DNA of 64,000 nucleotides from the human T2T-CHM13v2.0 reference genome, Homo sapiens: the NCBI RefSeq assembly GCF_009914755.1, contig NC_060926.1, one strand, 5' to 3'. Every line of letters starts with the position of its first letter. The stretch's first letter is position 1. The translations under genes were made by a program, and so were the position numbers. Shown one piece after another: positions 14,624 through 28,423 of this stretch. The notes under the pieces are model-generated. The model was given only the letters and a program-made list of their open reading frames with translations. It was not told where the DNA came from and did not search any database.

Positions 14624-16223
14624 TCTACTTCCTAGAGTTCTTAGAGAATTTCTAGCTTCTGTTTCTTTAAACATGTTTTATTAGCTTTCTAAATTATGAA
14701 AGTAAATACAACTGGAAAAATACAAAATCCAAAGTCAAGGGAGTAAAAAAATGTAACTCCCTTGTTTCCCCTCCCCGCGTAACCGTGGTTAACAGTCGGT
14801 GTGCACCCTTACAGATGTTTTTTCTATGAAAATACAAACATTCGACTTGTTTCTTGGACTTTACCTCGCAGTCCGAGGAGAATCATGTGAACAGCATGAA
14901 AGCAGCATGGTCCGAAGACTGCAAACCATAACATTTCCATATCTACTGACTCTGAATTCCTGTTTCTAGAGGACCCGCACCCACGTGGCTCTGTGCATCC
15001 GCAGCAACTTGGTCTTTCTTCCTTTGCTGAGTTTGGTTAAGGGAAAGGGCCGATTATTGAGTGGGCTCAGTTCACAGGTGCCTGAAATTCCTACTTAGCA
15101 ATGTTCCTTTCCAGCTGATTCCGCCTCCGAGAGCCTTAGGAAAAAATGCTAACAGTTAGGAGCGAAGCGTCCTTAATTGCTCAGTCCAATTATCTAGATG
15201 GGTCCAGGTTCGGTTTCGATTCAGAGATAAGGACCAGGGGGCGGGGACGCTTCCAGGTGAGCCCCTGGTTAGGCTTGCCTCCCCGCGGAGCGCACGCGGG
15301 TCTCGCTGGCTGGACTGGGCCTTTCAAGACCAGGTAACTTCTCCATCCGGTATCGCCAGGCTTACCTGGGGGCCTCAGAATTGTGTCAGCTGCGTCTCTG
15401 AGTCACCTTGGAACCCCTCGAAGGAGCGCGGGGCTAGGAGGGCGCATCGGTGGGCCCGGGGACCCCGCTGCTAGGTGTGGTTGGCGCCAAGGCCGCCTCT
15501 GGCCGGCGGAGCCCTGCAGTGTCCGGAGGGTGCGGTCAGAGTCCGGCCCTTTAGGCCTTGCCTCGGTATCCGCCTTGCCCCTTGGGCCGCGGCACGGGTT
15601 CGGGCCGAGCGCCCGGCATCTTGCGTTTCTGGCTTCCTGAGACGGGCGTGGGACCTCGAGGAAACCACTCTGCATGACCCCACGAAGAGAACTAAGGACC
15701 ACCCCCCACCCTTCCTGTCCTGGACGGCTTCATAAGCCAGAGGATCCAGTGGCAGTACCAAGCAGGGCACCACTCTGGGTCGTGAGCACCTAAGAGGTGG
15801 AGCAAAGGTCAGACCCCAGGGTGGCCCAGGCCTCCCTCCCCCGCCTCCCCGGCGGGGCCATTCCTCACCCGCCCCAGCACTGGAGGGGGCGGCCGGGGTC
15901 GGTCTAGTTCCGGTTACAAACTGGACAGAAAAGGCCACTGGAGTCTCGCTAGGCGATGCGCCTAGTCCCCTAGCCTCAGACGAACCGCAAGAGGGGCCAC
16001 CCACAACTGGAGGGGCGGAGGCTGGAGCTGAGTTTCATTAGTGTTTTTGGAGCTGCCAGGCATTTCCAGGGGGGTCGCCTTCCTAGAGGCCCCCTTTCCC
16101 CAGCTTAACCCTCGGCTTTGCAGGAGGGTGCGTGGGGGCTGGAGGGTCCCTGGAAGCCGCAGGGAGCGCGGGCCCGGGTGGGTCCTGGTACCGGGTGGGG
16201 AGAGCGGAACCCTCCCAAAACTT

Positions 16224-16310
16224 GGGGCGCGGGGCGGGGCCGTCGGGCGGTGACGTGAGGGGCGGGGCCGGGCCCCATTGGCGGGCGGGCAGGGGAGGGG
16301 CGGGGCCGGG
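16224..16310 (+). promoter_or_regulatory. TATA-less core promoter with Sp/KLF GC boxes, a CRE/ATF-like site and an inverted CCAAT
   Basis: GGGGCGGGG at 16231-16239, 16259-16267 and ~16297-16305; TGACGTGA at 16251-16258; ATTGG at 16277-16281. Confidence 0.75.
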
Positions 16311-16339
16311 CGCCCGCGGCGGCTGCTGCGCCTGGAACC

Positions 16340-16582
16340 GGAGCCTGGAGTGAGGCGCAGCGGCAGCGGCAGCAGCGGCAACAAGTGCCGGAGGCTAGCA
16401 GAGCCAAGCCGGAGCAGTCCCTGCCGCCGACACCGCCGGGCCGCCCGTCCGGGGCGCCGCGCATGGAGCGTGAGCTGCGGCGGTCGCCGGGCTGAGCCGC
16501 GCGGAGCGGCCGGGACGTGGATGTGGCCGCGATCTCCCGCCCTTGCCCCCGCCCCGCCGAGCTGGAGCTGCTCCCGGACAAG
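16340..16582 (+). other. B3GNT2: B3GNT2 non-coding exon 1 (5' end approximate)
   Basis: Lies just downstream of the GC-box cluster and ends at the donor CAAG|GTAGGG (16582/16583); TSS position is inferred. Confidence 0.8.
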
Positions 16583-18449
16583 GTAGGGCCCGGGCGCCGA
16601 GCACCCCCGCCGGCTCCCTCCCCGCTGCCCTCTCACCGCCAGGCCCCTCTACCAGTCCCCTTCCGCCTCCCTGCTTCCCGGCCCCACCTTCCGGACACCC
16701 TGCTACCCCCGCCCGGTTCCTCGCCGGTTCCGGCTTCGTACCCGCGCCCCGGTGGAGGAAGCCGTCCCTAGGTGGCTCCTGCCGCATTTAAGCCTCCCTT
16801 ACCTTCCCGCCGTCCCAGCCACCCAACCTCAGCCCAGAGGGAGAGGAGAGGGACACCGCCCGCTGCGGGGCTTTGGAACCTCCCAACCCATTCCGTGCCC
16901 ACCTCGCCCTGGAGCCCGGGGACCTTCCCCCTCCTCGCTGCACCCCAACTTCCGGGGGATCCGGCGCCGGGGCGATGCGGGCTTTGGCAAGGGGCATCTG
17001 GGGCCGGGCCTCCTCATCCGGGGCGCGCGGGCATTTCGGGGAGGGGGGCGCGCGTGATTCCTCGCTCGCACCCCCGCACCCCACCCTCGCACTGCGCCGG
17101 CCTCCCGTGCCGCATGGGGAGATCAGGTGTTTTGTGAGCCAAAGAGCCGCCGGCAGCCGCTCCCCACCCCCCACCCCCAACCTCTGCCACTTCTGTCTCC
17201 GGCTCCCCCAAAACTGGTTTCTGCCAAACTTAGGGAAAACCTTTCGCTTTGACCTTTTAAAAAAAATATTCCACACTGTTTGCGTTGAATGATTAACCAG
17301 GCTGCTAGCCCGAGTCGTGGGGGTGGGGTGGGGCGGGGTGGGGTGGGTGCTGCCAGGCCAGGGAGCGCCTGAAGCCGGACTCTACGAGACACCCCTCGTG
17401 GGAAGGTGGGCGTGGGGGGCCCTGCCGGGGCTGCGGGCGCGGGACTGGCGGCTACTCCAGCACGGCAGGCGGACCCTTCTGGAGGCAATAAACCGAGTCA
17501 CCCGGTTAATTTCCAGGCCACGGTATTTGAAACTCGGGGCTGGGGAGCCGCAGAACTCCCTGTACCCCCATCAAGTAGAGGAGCCGTCGGGAGACTCCCC
17601 ACAAGTGTCACAGCGTCAAAGCTCATCTTTAAAAATATGTACATTTATAACCTGGGTTGGCGAGGCGGCGCTCTTCTGCCCAAAACGTAGGGGTGGTTAG
17701 TTTGTAGAGTGGGCTTAGCTCACAGGTGCCTGAGCTGTATCCCCGTGGCCGCCTCAGCCACCCCAACTTCTCAGAAAGATTGTTTAGAACAATTAAACTA
17801 TATTCTTTTGCCCTTCTCTTGTTGGAACCCTACCGTAATATCCGATAGCGAAGCCAGTTGGTGAATATAGAATTCTACTTGTTAAAACAAATTCTTCCGG
17901 TATAATTATTTGTGCCTCTGGAGGTGGTAAACGAGGTGGCCGACAGGGCCGGGACTGGGAGTGAAAAGGCGGGGACCCTGGCCGAGCCAGTCCCGGGGCT
18001 CCGGTGCCGGCTTATAGTCGCACCCATGCGGATCTGACAGCTGACCCGGAGGGAGGACCGGCAGGGCAGGGCAGGGCGGTCACTTCCCATTGTCCTAACT
18101 CCTGCTCCTGGTTCTTTTGAGTAGAGGGTGGTTAAGCCTGGAGGAATTTGGGAGAGTTTTACTCGGAGCCCATGCGCTCTTAAACCAGATTAGATTTTAA
18201 GAACACAGAAGTGAAGGAGCCCCATAGGGCTGTACTTGAGTAATTTGAGTAATCCTTTTCCTCCCTGCTCAGACTTTACAAATGTGTTTATCATTAGATC
18301 TTCTGTTTGAAACTACTTTTTTAGTTCGGAATATTGCTTTTTCTCCCTACAGCAAGGGTTCACTGTTTCTCATTTAGTTTTTGTGCAGGCGGCATTTGTA
18401 TGATGAAGGCCTAATTCTCTGTGAAACTGACCAGTTCTCACCCTTGCCA

Positions 18450-18655
18450 TTCATTAGACTTGATTCTGCCACATTTAATTCAGTGATCTTGGGCAAGTTA
18501 TTCTTCACCTGAGCCTCATTTTACACATCTGGTTTTGGGGATGGTGGTGTTTGCTCTGCAAGATTATTTCTGAGGACAAATAGGATGTTTGCCAAACTCC
18601 TAGCACTGCACCAGGAGAGCTAAGAAGTGCTTAATAAATGGTGGTCATTGCTGTA
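18450..18655. mobile_element. MIR SINE remnant
   Basis: GTGATCTTGGGCAAGTTA...TGAGCCTCATTTT core and GTGCTTAATAAATGGT end. Confidence 0.7.
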
Positions 18656-19105
18656 ATCAATAGAGAAGTTCCTCCTGGCATCGACTTCCCCTTACCAAAA
18701 ACAGTAACCCTGTGGTAGCCTTTTAGATTTCCCTGTCTGAGACTGAAATCAGCCACATTTGGCAGATGCACATCAGAAGGTTCTTAAAACCTAAGTAGTA
18801 TTTTGAGGAAAATAAGCATGATTTGCTTGTTGTTCAAAAATTATGAATTTTTTTCTGGGCTTCTGGTGAAGGGCTGAATATATGAAGGTTTGTAGTTTTG
18901 AAAATTTTCTTGTTTTAAAGAAAAGTCATGTTTTAGGTTTCTGATAAACTAAAGTTGTGCTAAAAATAGGAAAGTAGAACTGATAATTCATAGTTGATTT
19001 TGACTATACTGTTCAGATATGTGGTTTTTTTTAAAAAAAATAGTTGCATTAGTGAGGCATCGTTGGTATGTTCTGAAGAGAAATATGCAGGGCTTTTTCA
19101 GCTGA

Positions 19106-19465
<360 letters not shown>

Positions 19466-20734
19466 TTAGCTTTAAATGTTTTCTAGCAATGCTAGGGTTT
19501 CATGAAAATCCTAATTTAGGGATGCTGATCCACAGCTGTTAATACTCTTGACATACTGGGTCAGTGCTTTTCATTCTTTCTGACTTGGTTAATGGATGTA
19601 GTATTTGACTGTATTTTTCTGTATTTTTTTGATGGTTTTATTGGAAAGTCTGTTAGAGACTTTAAAAATTAATAACTGCCTATGGTTACTTTTATAAACA
19701 TTGAGACCTTGAGATCTTGCAACTAGGATAATACTTGGTGATGTGTAATCTATTGCAACATCCCTGATGGTGGTACATACATCACCAATACTGAAAGATT
19801 CTCATAAAGGCCTTTTGGTCTCTTATGTAAGTGCCCAGGGGAAACTAAAGTCATTTGGTTGCTTGGTATTTTTGGTGTGTACAGAAGGTTAAAACATGAA
19901 TTAAACTAGACTCTGAAGTGGTAAATGTTTCCTGGCTGCATCCAGTAAAGAAAACAGCACAAACACCCAAAAGGTGTGGACCCAGCTGTCTTTTTCTCCA
20001 CTCTCTAAGGTGGGATTGCTGTTCCTACGTACTTGCCAAATATGTCTGCAAATTACAGAATGAATACATTCCTCTCTCTGGAGAGGCAATTACTGTTTGA
20101 ATAAGAGGTGTATGTATGTGTGGGGTAAGGTTTTGGGAGAATTGATGTAATGATTTCATCATCACTCACTGGTAAGGAGACTTTGCCAGGCTGGAACCTG
20201 TTACTTGATGGAGAATTTATTATTAGGGCTTATGTGGCACAATTACTTTGCTGCTGGAAAAAGTTATTTGTACTGAGTTTTCTATTTGTTACAAATTTTA
20301 AGAGTTGAGATTTTTGCCCTCTGTGTGTTGCCCTGTGAGTATTAACAACCTCTGCCCACCAGCTTTGTCTTTTTGCCTTGTCTTAATTTTTGTAACAAAA
20401 ATTCAGATGTCTTTTGAGAGTCATAACATGTATCTTGTGCAATTTTAGCTTTAGGTATTTTCATATATAACTTTAAGAATGTTACACATTATTTTCTGTG
20501 CATCTATAACTTAAAAAAAACAAAAACCATTTTCTGATGTGGCTACAGAGGGGGAAATTCCCAGTAGCCAGGAAATTGATACTTTCTACTTTTCATTCTG
20601 TGGCATTTTAAAACAGAGGGTTCAGGTGTCTTCATTCTGATATGAGTAGGATGTACGTAGCTTACCAGAATGTTTGAAAAAAATGATAATCCAAGGTAAT
20701 CAATTCTGGCATGTGGCTAGATTCTGTCCGAGTG

Positions 20735-21290
20735 CCATGTGGTGGTTTAGTGGTTAAGAGCATAAACTTGGAGTCCATAAGATGAGGATTTTTTTAACTT
20801 CATGTATAACATGCAGTAAAGTGTGAGAAGTGTTAATATTAAGCATGAGCTCATGTATGTAAGCTCTCAGATTAAGAAATAAACATTTTCAGTACTGCAG
20901 AAGGTTCCTGCGCCCATGTCTTGTCCGTGTTCCCACCCCCTCACCCTGAAGGAACTGTTATTCTTTCTTACATCATCATAGATGTGACTTCTGTCATCAT
21001 AGATGGGTTTTACCTGTTGAACTTCATGTAAGTGGAATCAGTCATACAGTGTGGCATGTAGTCTTTTGTGAAATAGGCTTGAATTCTATTTTTACCACTT
21101 ATTGTGTGACTACGGACAAGTTATTTAATCTGAGTCTCAGTTACGTATGGGAATGCCTAAAGTTAAAATTACACGAACTATTTCAGGATAAATTTTCTCA
21201 CTTGTAAAATGGGGAAGATAAAGCCCTATGTTAGATTTACTGGGGAAAGTAATATAAAGCTACACCTAGAATACCTAGCACTGTGCCTGA
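20735..21290. mobile_element. MIR remnant interrupted by an L1M fragment (~20790-21070)
   Basis: GGTTTAGTGGTTAAGAGC start and GGACAAGTTATTTAATC...TGTAAAATGGGG core; L1M-like CATAGATGGGTTTTACCTG between them. Confidence 0.6.
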
Positions 21291-24202
21291 CTGCAGTTTC
21301 CTCTTCCCCTTTTTATTTCTTTAACAGGGTGATAACTAAAGCAACTAGATCTTTTGTGTTTAAATGAGCTATTTCATTAAAAGTTCTGTAGGTCTTTTAT
21401 TGAAAATTAGAAGACAAATCTTTATTTAATACTTTGTTGATATAGCTTTAGCTTTAAGATGTATTATTTGTTAGTTGCCTGTTTTTGACATTTCCTCTCT
21501 AAAGACAGTCATTGAAATGTCCCATTCAGAGTTGTTTGGCCACCTGTGTAACATGAGCTAGGATGCAGTGATGAGAACTGGTTTATGGTCAATTATGGAG
21601 CTTGTGGAAGAGTTTAGTTTGGGTAAGAGTCATCAATAAGTGCCCAAGATGCTCACAACATCTGCTTTATGTTTAGTGAAATAATTATTTCAGAGGTGAA
21701 AGCACAGGACCAATTATTTTAATTGCTTGCTTCAGACAAGCCACTTAAAACATTTTCAGCTCTTGTAATCTTACCGTGTAAGCGGTATTACATAATTCCA
21801 TGGCCTCATGTCTCCTTATTTGTTTGGTACTTTTCATTTTTGGACTCATTCTGCAAATGTAACTTGGGTAGTACTTGGCATTCTTTCTAAATGACTTTCA
21901 TTAAATGTTTATTTAGAAAAAGTATTCAAGATAAAGTAAAGGAAAATAAAACTAATTCCACCCTCTCTCACCACTATAACTACATTAACTTGATGTGGGT
22001 CCTTCTAAGTGCTCATTTCTTCTTTTGTACACTTCTAGAATGACCTTAGGAAAAACATACTTCCAATACTTTATGGAAATTTAAAACAAAATATGGGCCT
22101 GCTTAGAGATGTCTAGCAGAGAAGGCAAGAGTCTTCGTAGGCCTAAGTTCAAATCTGTCCACACTGTGGTCCCTACTTGTACCTTTGTTAGTGCTGAGCA
22201 GACAGTCCCCAGAGACTCCATCAGAGGGTCCCCTGGTCTCCAGATTACAGTAGCCAACACGGAAAACCTGCCCTGGAATACTTCTCCATTAAGACCTCAA
22301 GATGTTTGGTGAAGTGAGCAGTTTGTTCTCCGACCAAACACGCATTGATTGAGCACTTGGTGTGTGCCTAGCACTGTGCTTGGCTGTGCGTGATTGCTGC
22401 CTTCAGTGGGCAGTGTGGTGGAGACAGCCAGGAACTGGTAAGATTGCCTTGGTAGAGGTGTAAGCCAATTATGTGTTGGAGGCAGCCAAGAAAGGCTTCT
22501 TAAGGAAGTGGCCTTTGGGCTTGGTCTTGAAGGATGTGAATAACATTTCAGAGGCAGAGAAAGGAAGGTAGAAGTGCTCAAGGGATTGTAGGCTGAGAAA
22601 ACAGGACACAACAGAAAGGCTCATAGAGGTCTTTTGGGGAAACAGCAGGTGATCCATTGGGTTTGGAGTGCATGGTGCTTAGAAAGGTGTAATAGGCCAT
22701 GATGCAATCTCGGGGATCATGCAGAGATGTGGCAGTTAATAGTTATGGAGGTAGTGAGGAACCAGTGAAAGTTCTTGTGGTCAGGGGAGAGAGAGAGAGG
22801 GTGTGGGTGCTGACAAGTTATGGCCAGGCTTGCATTGAGGAAGATGGGCCTGAGCGTGAATGAGGCGAGCCTGACCCCGGGCAGGTCATTGCAGTCCCTG
22901 CGTTCTCTGCTTCCCATTTGCCCCCTACCAGTTTCTCTCAGAAAGAAGCTGGAGGGATCCTTTAAAAACTGAAATGACTTGAGGTTACTTTTCTACTCAG
23001 AATCCTCCAGTCAGAATCCCTGTCTTCTTCAGAGGAAAGCCAGAGTTCAAATGTCACCTACCAGGACTGGTGATCTGCCCTCCTCCTCCTACCTCCCTTC
23101 TCCCCCTCATTTCACTCCAGGCACAAGGCCCCCAGCTTTCCTGCCTCTGGCCTTTGTGGTGACTGCTCCCCCTGCCTGGAACTATCCTCACCTCTTCTCT
23201 GAGAAGAGGTTTTCTCTGATCACCCGGCATAAAGCAGCCTTTCCTTATCCCCTGTGCAGTGCTTCATATTTCATCTAAGTGTTTATCAACCTTACAGCAG
23301 TCAACTCTGACTTGGTTCTTTGCTGCCTGTTTTCAACACTGCTTGGTTTAAGTAGGCGTTTGACATTTGTTGAGTTAGGCCACTTCATTAAAGTTAGTCT
23401 TAGTAGAGGGGAAACTGAGGGCTCAAACCAGGGCAGGGATAGTACAAGATTGAAATATGTATGTGTGTTGTTTGGAAGAGGTGGGTGAGAGAAAGACTCC
23501 TGGTGGGTGTAAAGGAATTTGGAAACCAACTAAGGGAGGTTAGGAGAAGGGCCATGACACAGGTATATTGGGGCATTTTTTAGCATATGGGATATGGGAG
23601 TCTGTAGTGATGTCTAGGGGACAAGAATAGGGGGTAAGGGAAGACCCAGCAATAGACTTGGGCCCAGAACTGTGGAGCAAGTCCATTTTGTGGGATGGGG
23701 CCAAGGAGCAAAGGCTGCCAACATGCAAGAGAACCCTGGGGGTTCCTGAGCTTGGGGTGGGGTAGACATGGTGGCCAGCAGTATTGGGTGCCCTAGAAAG
23801 TCAGGAGGGTGCAAGGACTGCGAAGATTCTAGAAGGTGAGGGGGATTGGGAGGGTCAAGGCAGGACAAATGGGCATGACAAGGAGCATGTGCCTGGTGCC
23901 TTTGGAGAGGGAGAGGCTGAAGATGGGGGAAACAGTGGAGATTGCTATTGGTGCAAGACCCCAGAAGCAGCAAGAGCTGTCACAGGGAGTGGAGATCCTG
24001 GGAGTTGGGGGTCAGGGACTGGCTGATGTAGAGAACTTGAAGTAGGTTTTGGTCCCAGAGCTGACATCAAATGTCTTTGTAGCTATGGCAACCCACTTAG
24101 CTCCTGTTTCCCACCTCCCTGCAGAATCGCATGAAACCTGCACAGCCAATTTCACATGTTTATTATTGGAATCCATTGAACTCATGAATATGAAAGTGTT
24201 AA

Positions 24203-24523
<321 letters not shown>

Positions 24524-26051
24524 TAGAAATTTTCTAATTGTTTATTTTCTTTGAGAAGCACTTAACATCCAACTGGTTCTCCAAAGTACTTCTTTTTTGA
24601 GTCTTGATCAGGGAATAACACAATTGTGGTGAGTTTTATGTGCATGTGTGTTTTTAACCCTCCAGGTCTGGCTCTAGATTGTTCACTGGGAAGCCGAATG
24701 ATATTTTCAGATTCAAATATATTTGTCTAATAATGAAAGGGTCGAAGTGTTACAAATGCTATCCTTTCTAAATAGTCAACATTTGGAACTAGTGAGATAT
24801 ATTTTTACCTTTATTATTTTATGGTTGTCTTTGAAGCTTGTTTATAAGGAACTTTTATGTAACTTTATTCTTGAGATGCAGCCATTATATTTTTGTTCTT
24901 TTCCTTTACCACATAAGGAATTATTTCCTTCAAATGAACTTAAAATATCTCTCATGAATACTCCTATTTTTAACTGAATGTTTCTCTTTTTTAAAAAACT
25001 TTTATTCTTCAAAGTTCTGATGGATCGTCTTTTTTTAACTCTTTATAATGGAAATTTTCAAACAAGTGCAGATACAGAGAATGGTATCATGAAGCTTCAG
25101 GTAGCCACCAGCGGCTTCAGGGTGATGATTCTTTATTTTCATCTCTACCCCACTCACGACTAGGGGCCCATGGGCACCATCTAGAGAGGGAGAGAGAAGA
25201 AGGTCACAATGGACCACAGAGTGAGCAGCCATCAATTTAGAGATAGCGGAGGCTGGGGGAGAAGATTGGACGCCCCCAGGGAGAGTGACAGGCAGACCGG
25301 CGAGATTGGAAGCCCGTGGCACTGGGATTGCTGTGGTCCCTCGTCCCTCCACATATGTGATCACCTATGGTATATGAAGGGAACGTGCAGAGACTCGTTT
25401 AAAACTGAGGTGACTCAAATTGCTTGGTAAAAGAGGCCCAGTTTTTAAGCAGTTCAATAGTGCCCACATATTGAGCAAACATGTTCTCTTTTTACTGTGG
25501 CGACAAAAACTTTTCTTGGCGGGTGGCCGGAGAAAGCTATGTTACTATTGCACTTCTTTAAATACGGAAGCAAGTCTTGGTCGAAGGCCTGAATGATGCC
25601 TCCCCTTTTATAGAACATTTGGATAAAAGGCCAAAGTGTTACTTTTTTTTGAGGATACGTATTTTAAAATGTATATGGTTTATTTTGATACTTAAAAAGC
25701 AACAACTTGAAAACAACAGTCCTGAAACACTTGTCAGTAAGGTGTTAGGATTTAACCAGCCTTTGAGAAAGGGAGAAGAGGCGGGACAGGAATCCGAGAT
25801 GGAGCAGGGAGCTGGTTTGCTTCTTTGCCGCCTTGCTCTGAAGTTGCCACCCAGGGTCACACATCACTAGAAGTGTTTTCCTCTGGGAGGAGGATGATGT
25901 CTGACTGTGGAGAAGAGGCAGCATCCCAGAGGGAGCCCAATTTAACTGGATGCTCAGTGTGAGAGGAGGAGCGCTGGCATTTAGTGGCTGTGTGCCGTGG
26001 GCGGGGCCTGCCAGCCCTTGGCTGTCATTTGCCACCTGAGGGACAGGCTGC

Positions 26052-26143
26052 TTAGTTCCAGCCTCCTGGCTCACCTGGAACCATTTCTCCTGGGAAGCAT
26101 GGTAGCCAGGAGAGTGGATTCCAGGTGGTGAGGGCTTGGTACT
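26052..26143 (+). ncRNA. MIR5192: Intronic microRNA hairpin MIR5192 (mature arm AGGAGAGUGGAUUCCAGGUGGU, 26108-26129)
   Basis: Visible stem: CACCTGGAA-CCATTTCTCCTGG (26072-26093) pairs with CCAGGAGAGTGGATTCCAGGTG (26106-26127). Name recalled from the mature miR-5192 sequence and its B3GNT2 intronic position. Confidence 0.85.
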
Positions 26144-26794
26144 CCTTTTGGGGGATCCTGAGTGCCAGGAGAAGAGGATGAAATCGATGGACTGGGGGAA
26201 TCAAGGCTGTCCTCATGGAAGAGGAGACAGGATTTGAACCTGGGCCTTCAAGGATGGGGGTAAGGATGGAGAGAAGCAAGATAAGGGATGTTTTAAGCCA
26301 GGAGAAACCAGGCTGAGAAGAGGTATGGGTGGGGAGGATAGTAGTTGTTGTTAAGGGGTGCTGGTGTCTAGAGGCCTCCGGGATGGGGTTTTAGGGGTGG
26401 CCTGCCTGGATCAAGGATCAGCTTGGACGTGCTCAGCGAGGATGGGGATGCCCATTTCCCTCCATGCAGCTCTGGGCTGGGGGCGGCCCATCTGGGTTCT
26501 CAGTTCCTGCCCTCTCCCTCTACTTTTTCTGGGAACATCAGACAACTTTCTGATCCTGTGAACCAGTTTACTTCTCTGTGAAATGAAGACACCTCAGTCA
26601 CCACTTGACTGTGTATCCAATTGCGCCCATGGCATATGGACAAGCCCTCACTCAGCTAATGGGTGGGCACTAGGTGTGCAGTGGTTAATTTGTTTTATTA
26701 TAAGGAGTGTCCTTGATACCTTTATCTCATTTCTCTATTTTTTTTCCCTTCCCCAAAGTGTTAGACCATGCACTTTAATCCAACATTATTTTTA

Positions 26795-26915
26795 TATGTT
26801 TTTTATTCTTGTAGAGACAGGATCTCTCTCTGTTGCCCAGGCTGGCCTCGAGTGATCCTCTCACTTCCACCTCCCAAAGCACTGGGATTACAGGTGTAAG
26901 CCACTGTGCCTGGCC
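26795..26915 (-). mobile_element. Alu left monomer (FLAM-like), antisense
   Basis: GTAGAGACAGG...CCTCCCAAAGCACTGGGATTACAGGTGTAAGCCACTGTGCCTGGCC. Confidence 0.85.
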
Positions 26916-27407
26916 TAGTACAACATTATTTAAAAATCTCTACACATGTCTACTCTGCAGAACTTTCTGCACTCTTTGTGCCTGCTTTTGGAAGAGCGAG
27001 TCAGGCAGTTCTCTCCAAGCTGCTACCCTACAAGACTCCAAATGGATAAGCCAAGGAGTCCTGCAGTCTGAGGTTGTAGTACCTCACTTTCTGGTGTCCC
27101 CTTCGCTGTAACCAAGAGCATATTCTCTTTTAAGAAAATGTGTCACTGGAAACCTTCATCCTAACTACCAAGAAATTGAGACTTCCCAAAGCAATTTATT
27201 AAATTACTTAAAATACAATGTCATTTGTATAATTGTGAACACTTATTGAAGTTACAGAAGGTTATTTTTAATATGCTATATGTAATCTCAAGTTGCAGCA
27301 TGTTCAATGCTTTTTTGATTTTGAGGTTACATTTTTATTTTGGAAGGAAGACAAATGTAAACGTTTATCTTGCAGGGAAATGTTGGGGATGCTCTCAAAC
27401 TCTACAG

Positions 27408-27617
27408 TTTTGTTTTTTTTTTTAAGACAGGGTCTCACTCTGTCGCTCAGGTTGGAGTGCCGTGGCACGATCTGGGTACACCGCAACCTCTGCTTCCTGG
27501 GTTCAAGCGATTCTTCTGTCTCAGCCTCACGAGTAGTTGGGACAACACACATGCTACAGGCCACCATGCCCAGCTAATTTTTGTATTTTTTGCAGAGACG
27601 GGGTTTCATCATTTGGT
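27408..27617 (-). mobile_element. Truncated Alu, antisense
   Basis: T-rich tail, right arm and linker; element ends within the left arm. Confidence 0.85.
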
Positions 27618-27733
27618 TAGACTTACGGTTCTTGAGGGACAAGAATTGCCAAGTATAATTTAATAGAATTGGAAAGGCAGTGGTTGTTTTGAAAGAGTTT
27701 GTCTGTAGAGTACCTGATGGAAGTGAGGTACAT

Positions 27734-28084
27734 CCGTGGTCCCCAGCCTTTTTAGCACTGGGGACTGGTTTTGTGAAAGACAGTTTTCCACGGACTCCAG
27801 GGTGGGAGGATATGCGAGATGGTTTCGGGATGAAACTGTCTCACCCTAGATCATCAGGCGTCAGATTCTCGTAAGGAGCATGCAACCTAGATCCTTGCAT
27901 GCGCAGTTCACAAAGGGTTCGCCCTCCTGTGAGAATCTAATGTCAAGCTGATCTGACAGGAGGCAGAGCTCAGGCAGTAATGCTTGCAGGCCTGCCCACC
28001 ACTGCTCACCACCAGCTGTGTGGCCCCGTTCCTAACAGACCATGGACCGCTAGGGGTCCATGGCCTGGGGTTTGGGGACCCCTG
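27734..28084. mobile_element. MER1 (hAT-Charlie) non-autonomous DNA transposon, MER1B-sized
   Basis: TIR-like GGTCCCCAGCC...GGTTTGGGGACCCCTG; internal GATGGTTTCGGGATGAAACTG and AAGGAGCATGCAACCTAGATCC match MER1. Confidence 0.85.
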
Positions 28085-28423
28085 CCATAGATTATTCTTG
28101 CCTGGGAAAATAATGGATTGAATTTGATTGCCTGAGTGCTTAATATTAAAGTGCTTGTTTTAAAATTTGAAATTTCTGCTTCTCTGTGTGTGGCCAGTTA
28201 TCACACCAGTGGAACTAAGTGGTGGGGAATGGTGTACTTTTGAAAGTCGATCTTATGAGTTTGAGAGGGGTCATCTTTAAATTTTGTAAATTGGTCATTA
28301 GTTGAATTCTTGTACATTTTACTATGTAAAATGACAGTAATCACTTTTTCGTACCTATGTGAAAATAGTCTCCTTGTTTGTATGTGTCTGTAGACATGAG
28401 GAGCCCACATAACAGACAACAGA

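Larger units (their letters stand above)
15230..18070. promoter_or_regulatory. CpG island spanning the B3GNT2 promoter, exon 1 and the start of intron 1
   Basis: Abrupt rise in GC content and CpG density relative to the CpG-depleted flanks. Confidence 0.93.

Noticed and set aside
15383-17700. Dense overlapping ORFs up to 224 aa on both strands
   Set aside because: Expected stop-codon scarcity in a GC-rich CpG island; the peptides are low-complexity P/G/R/A.
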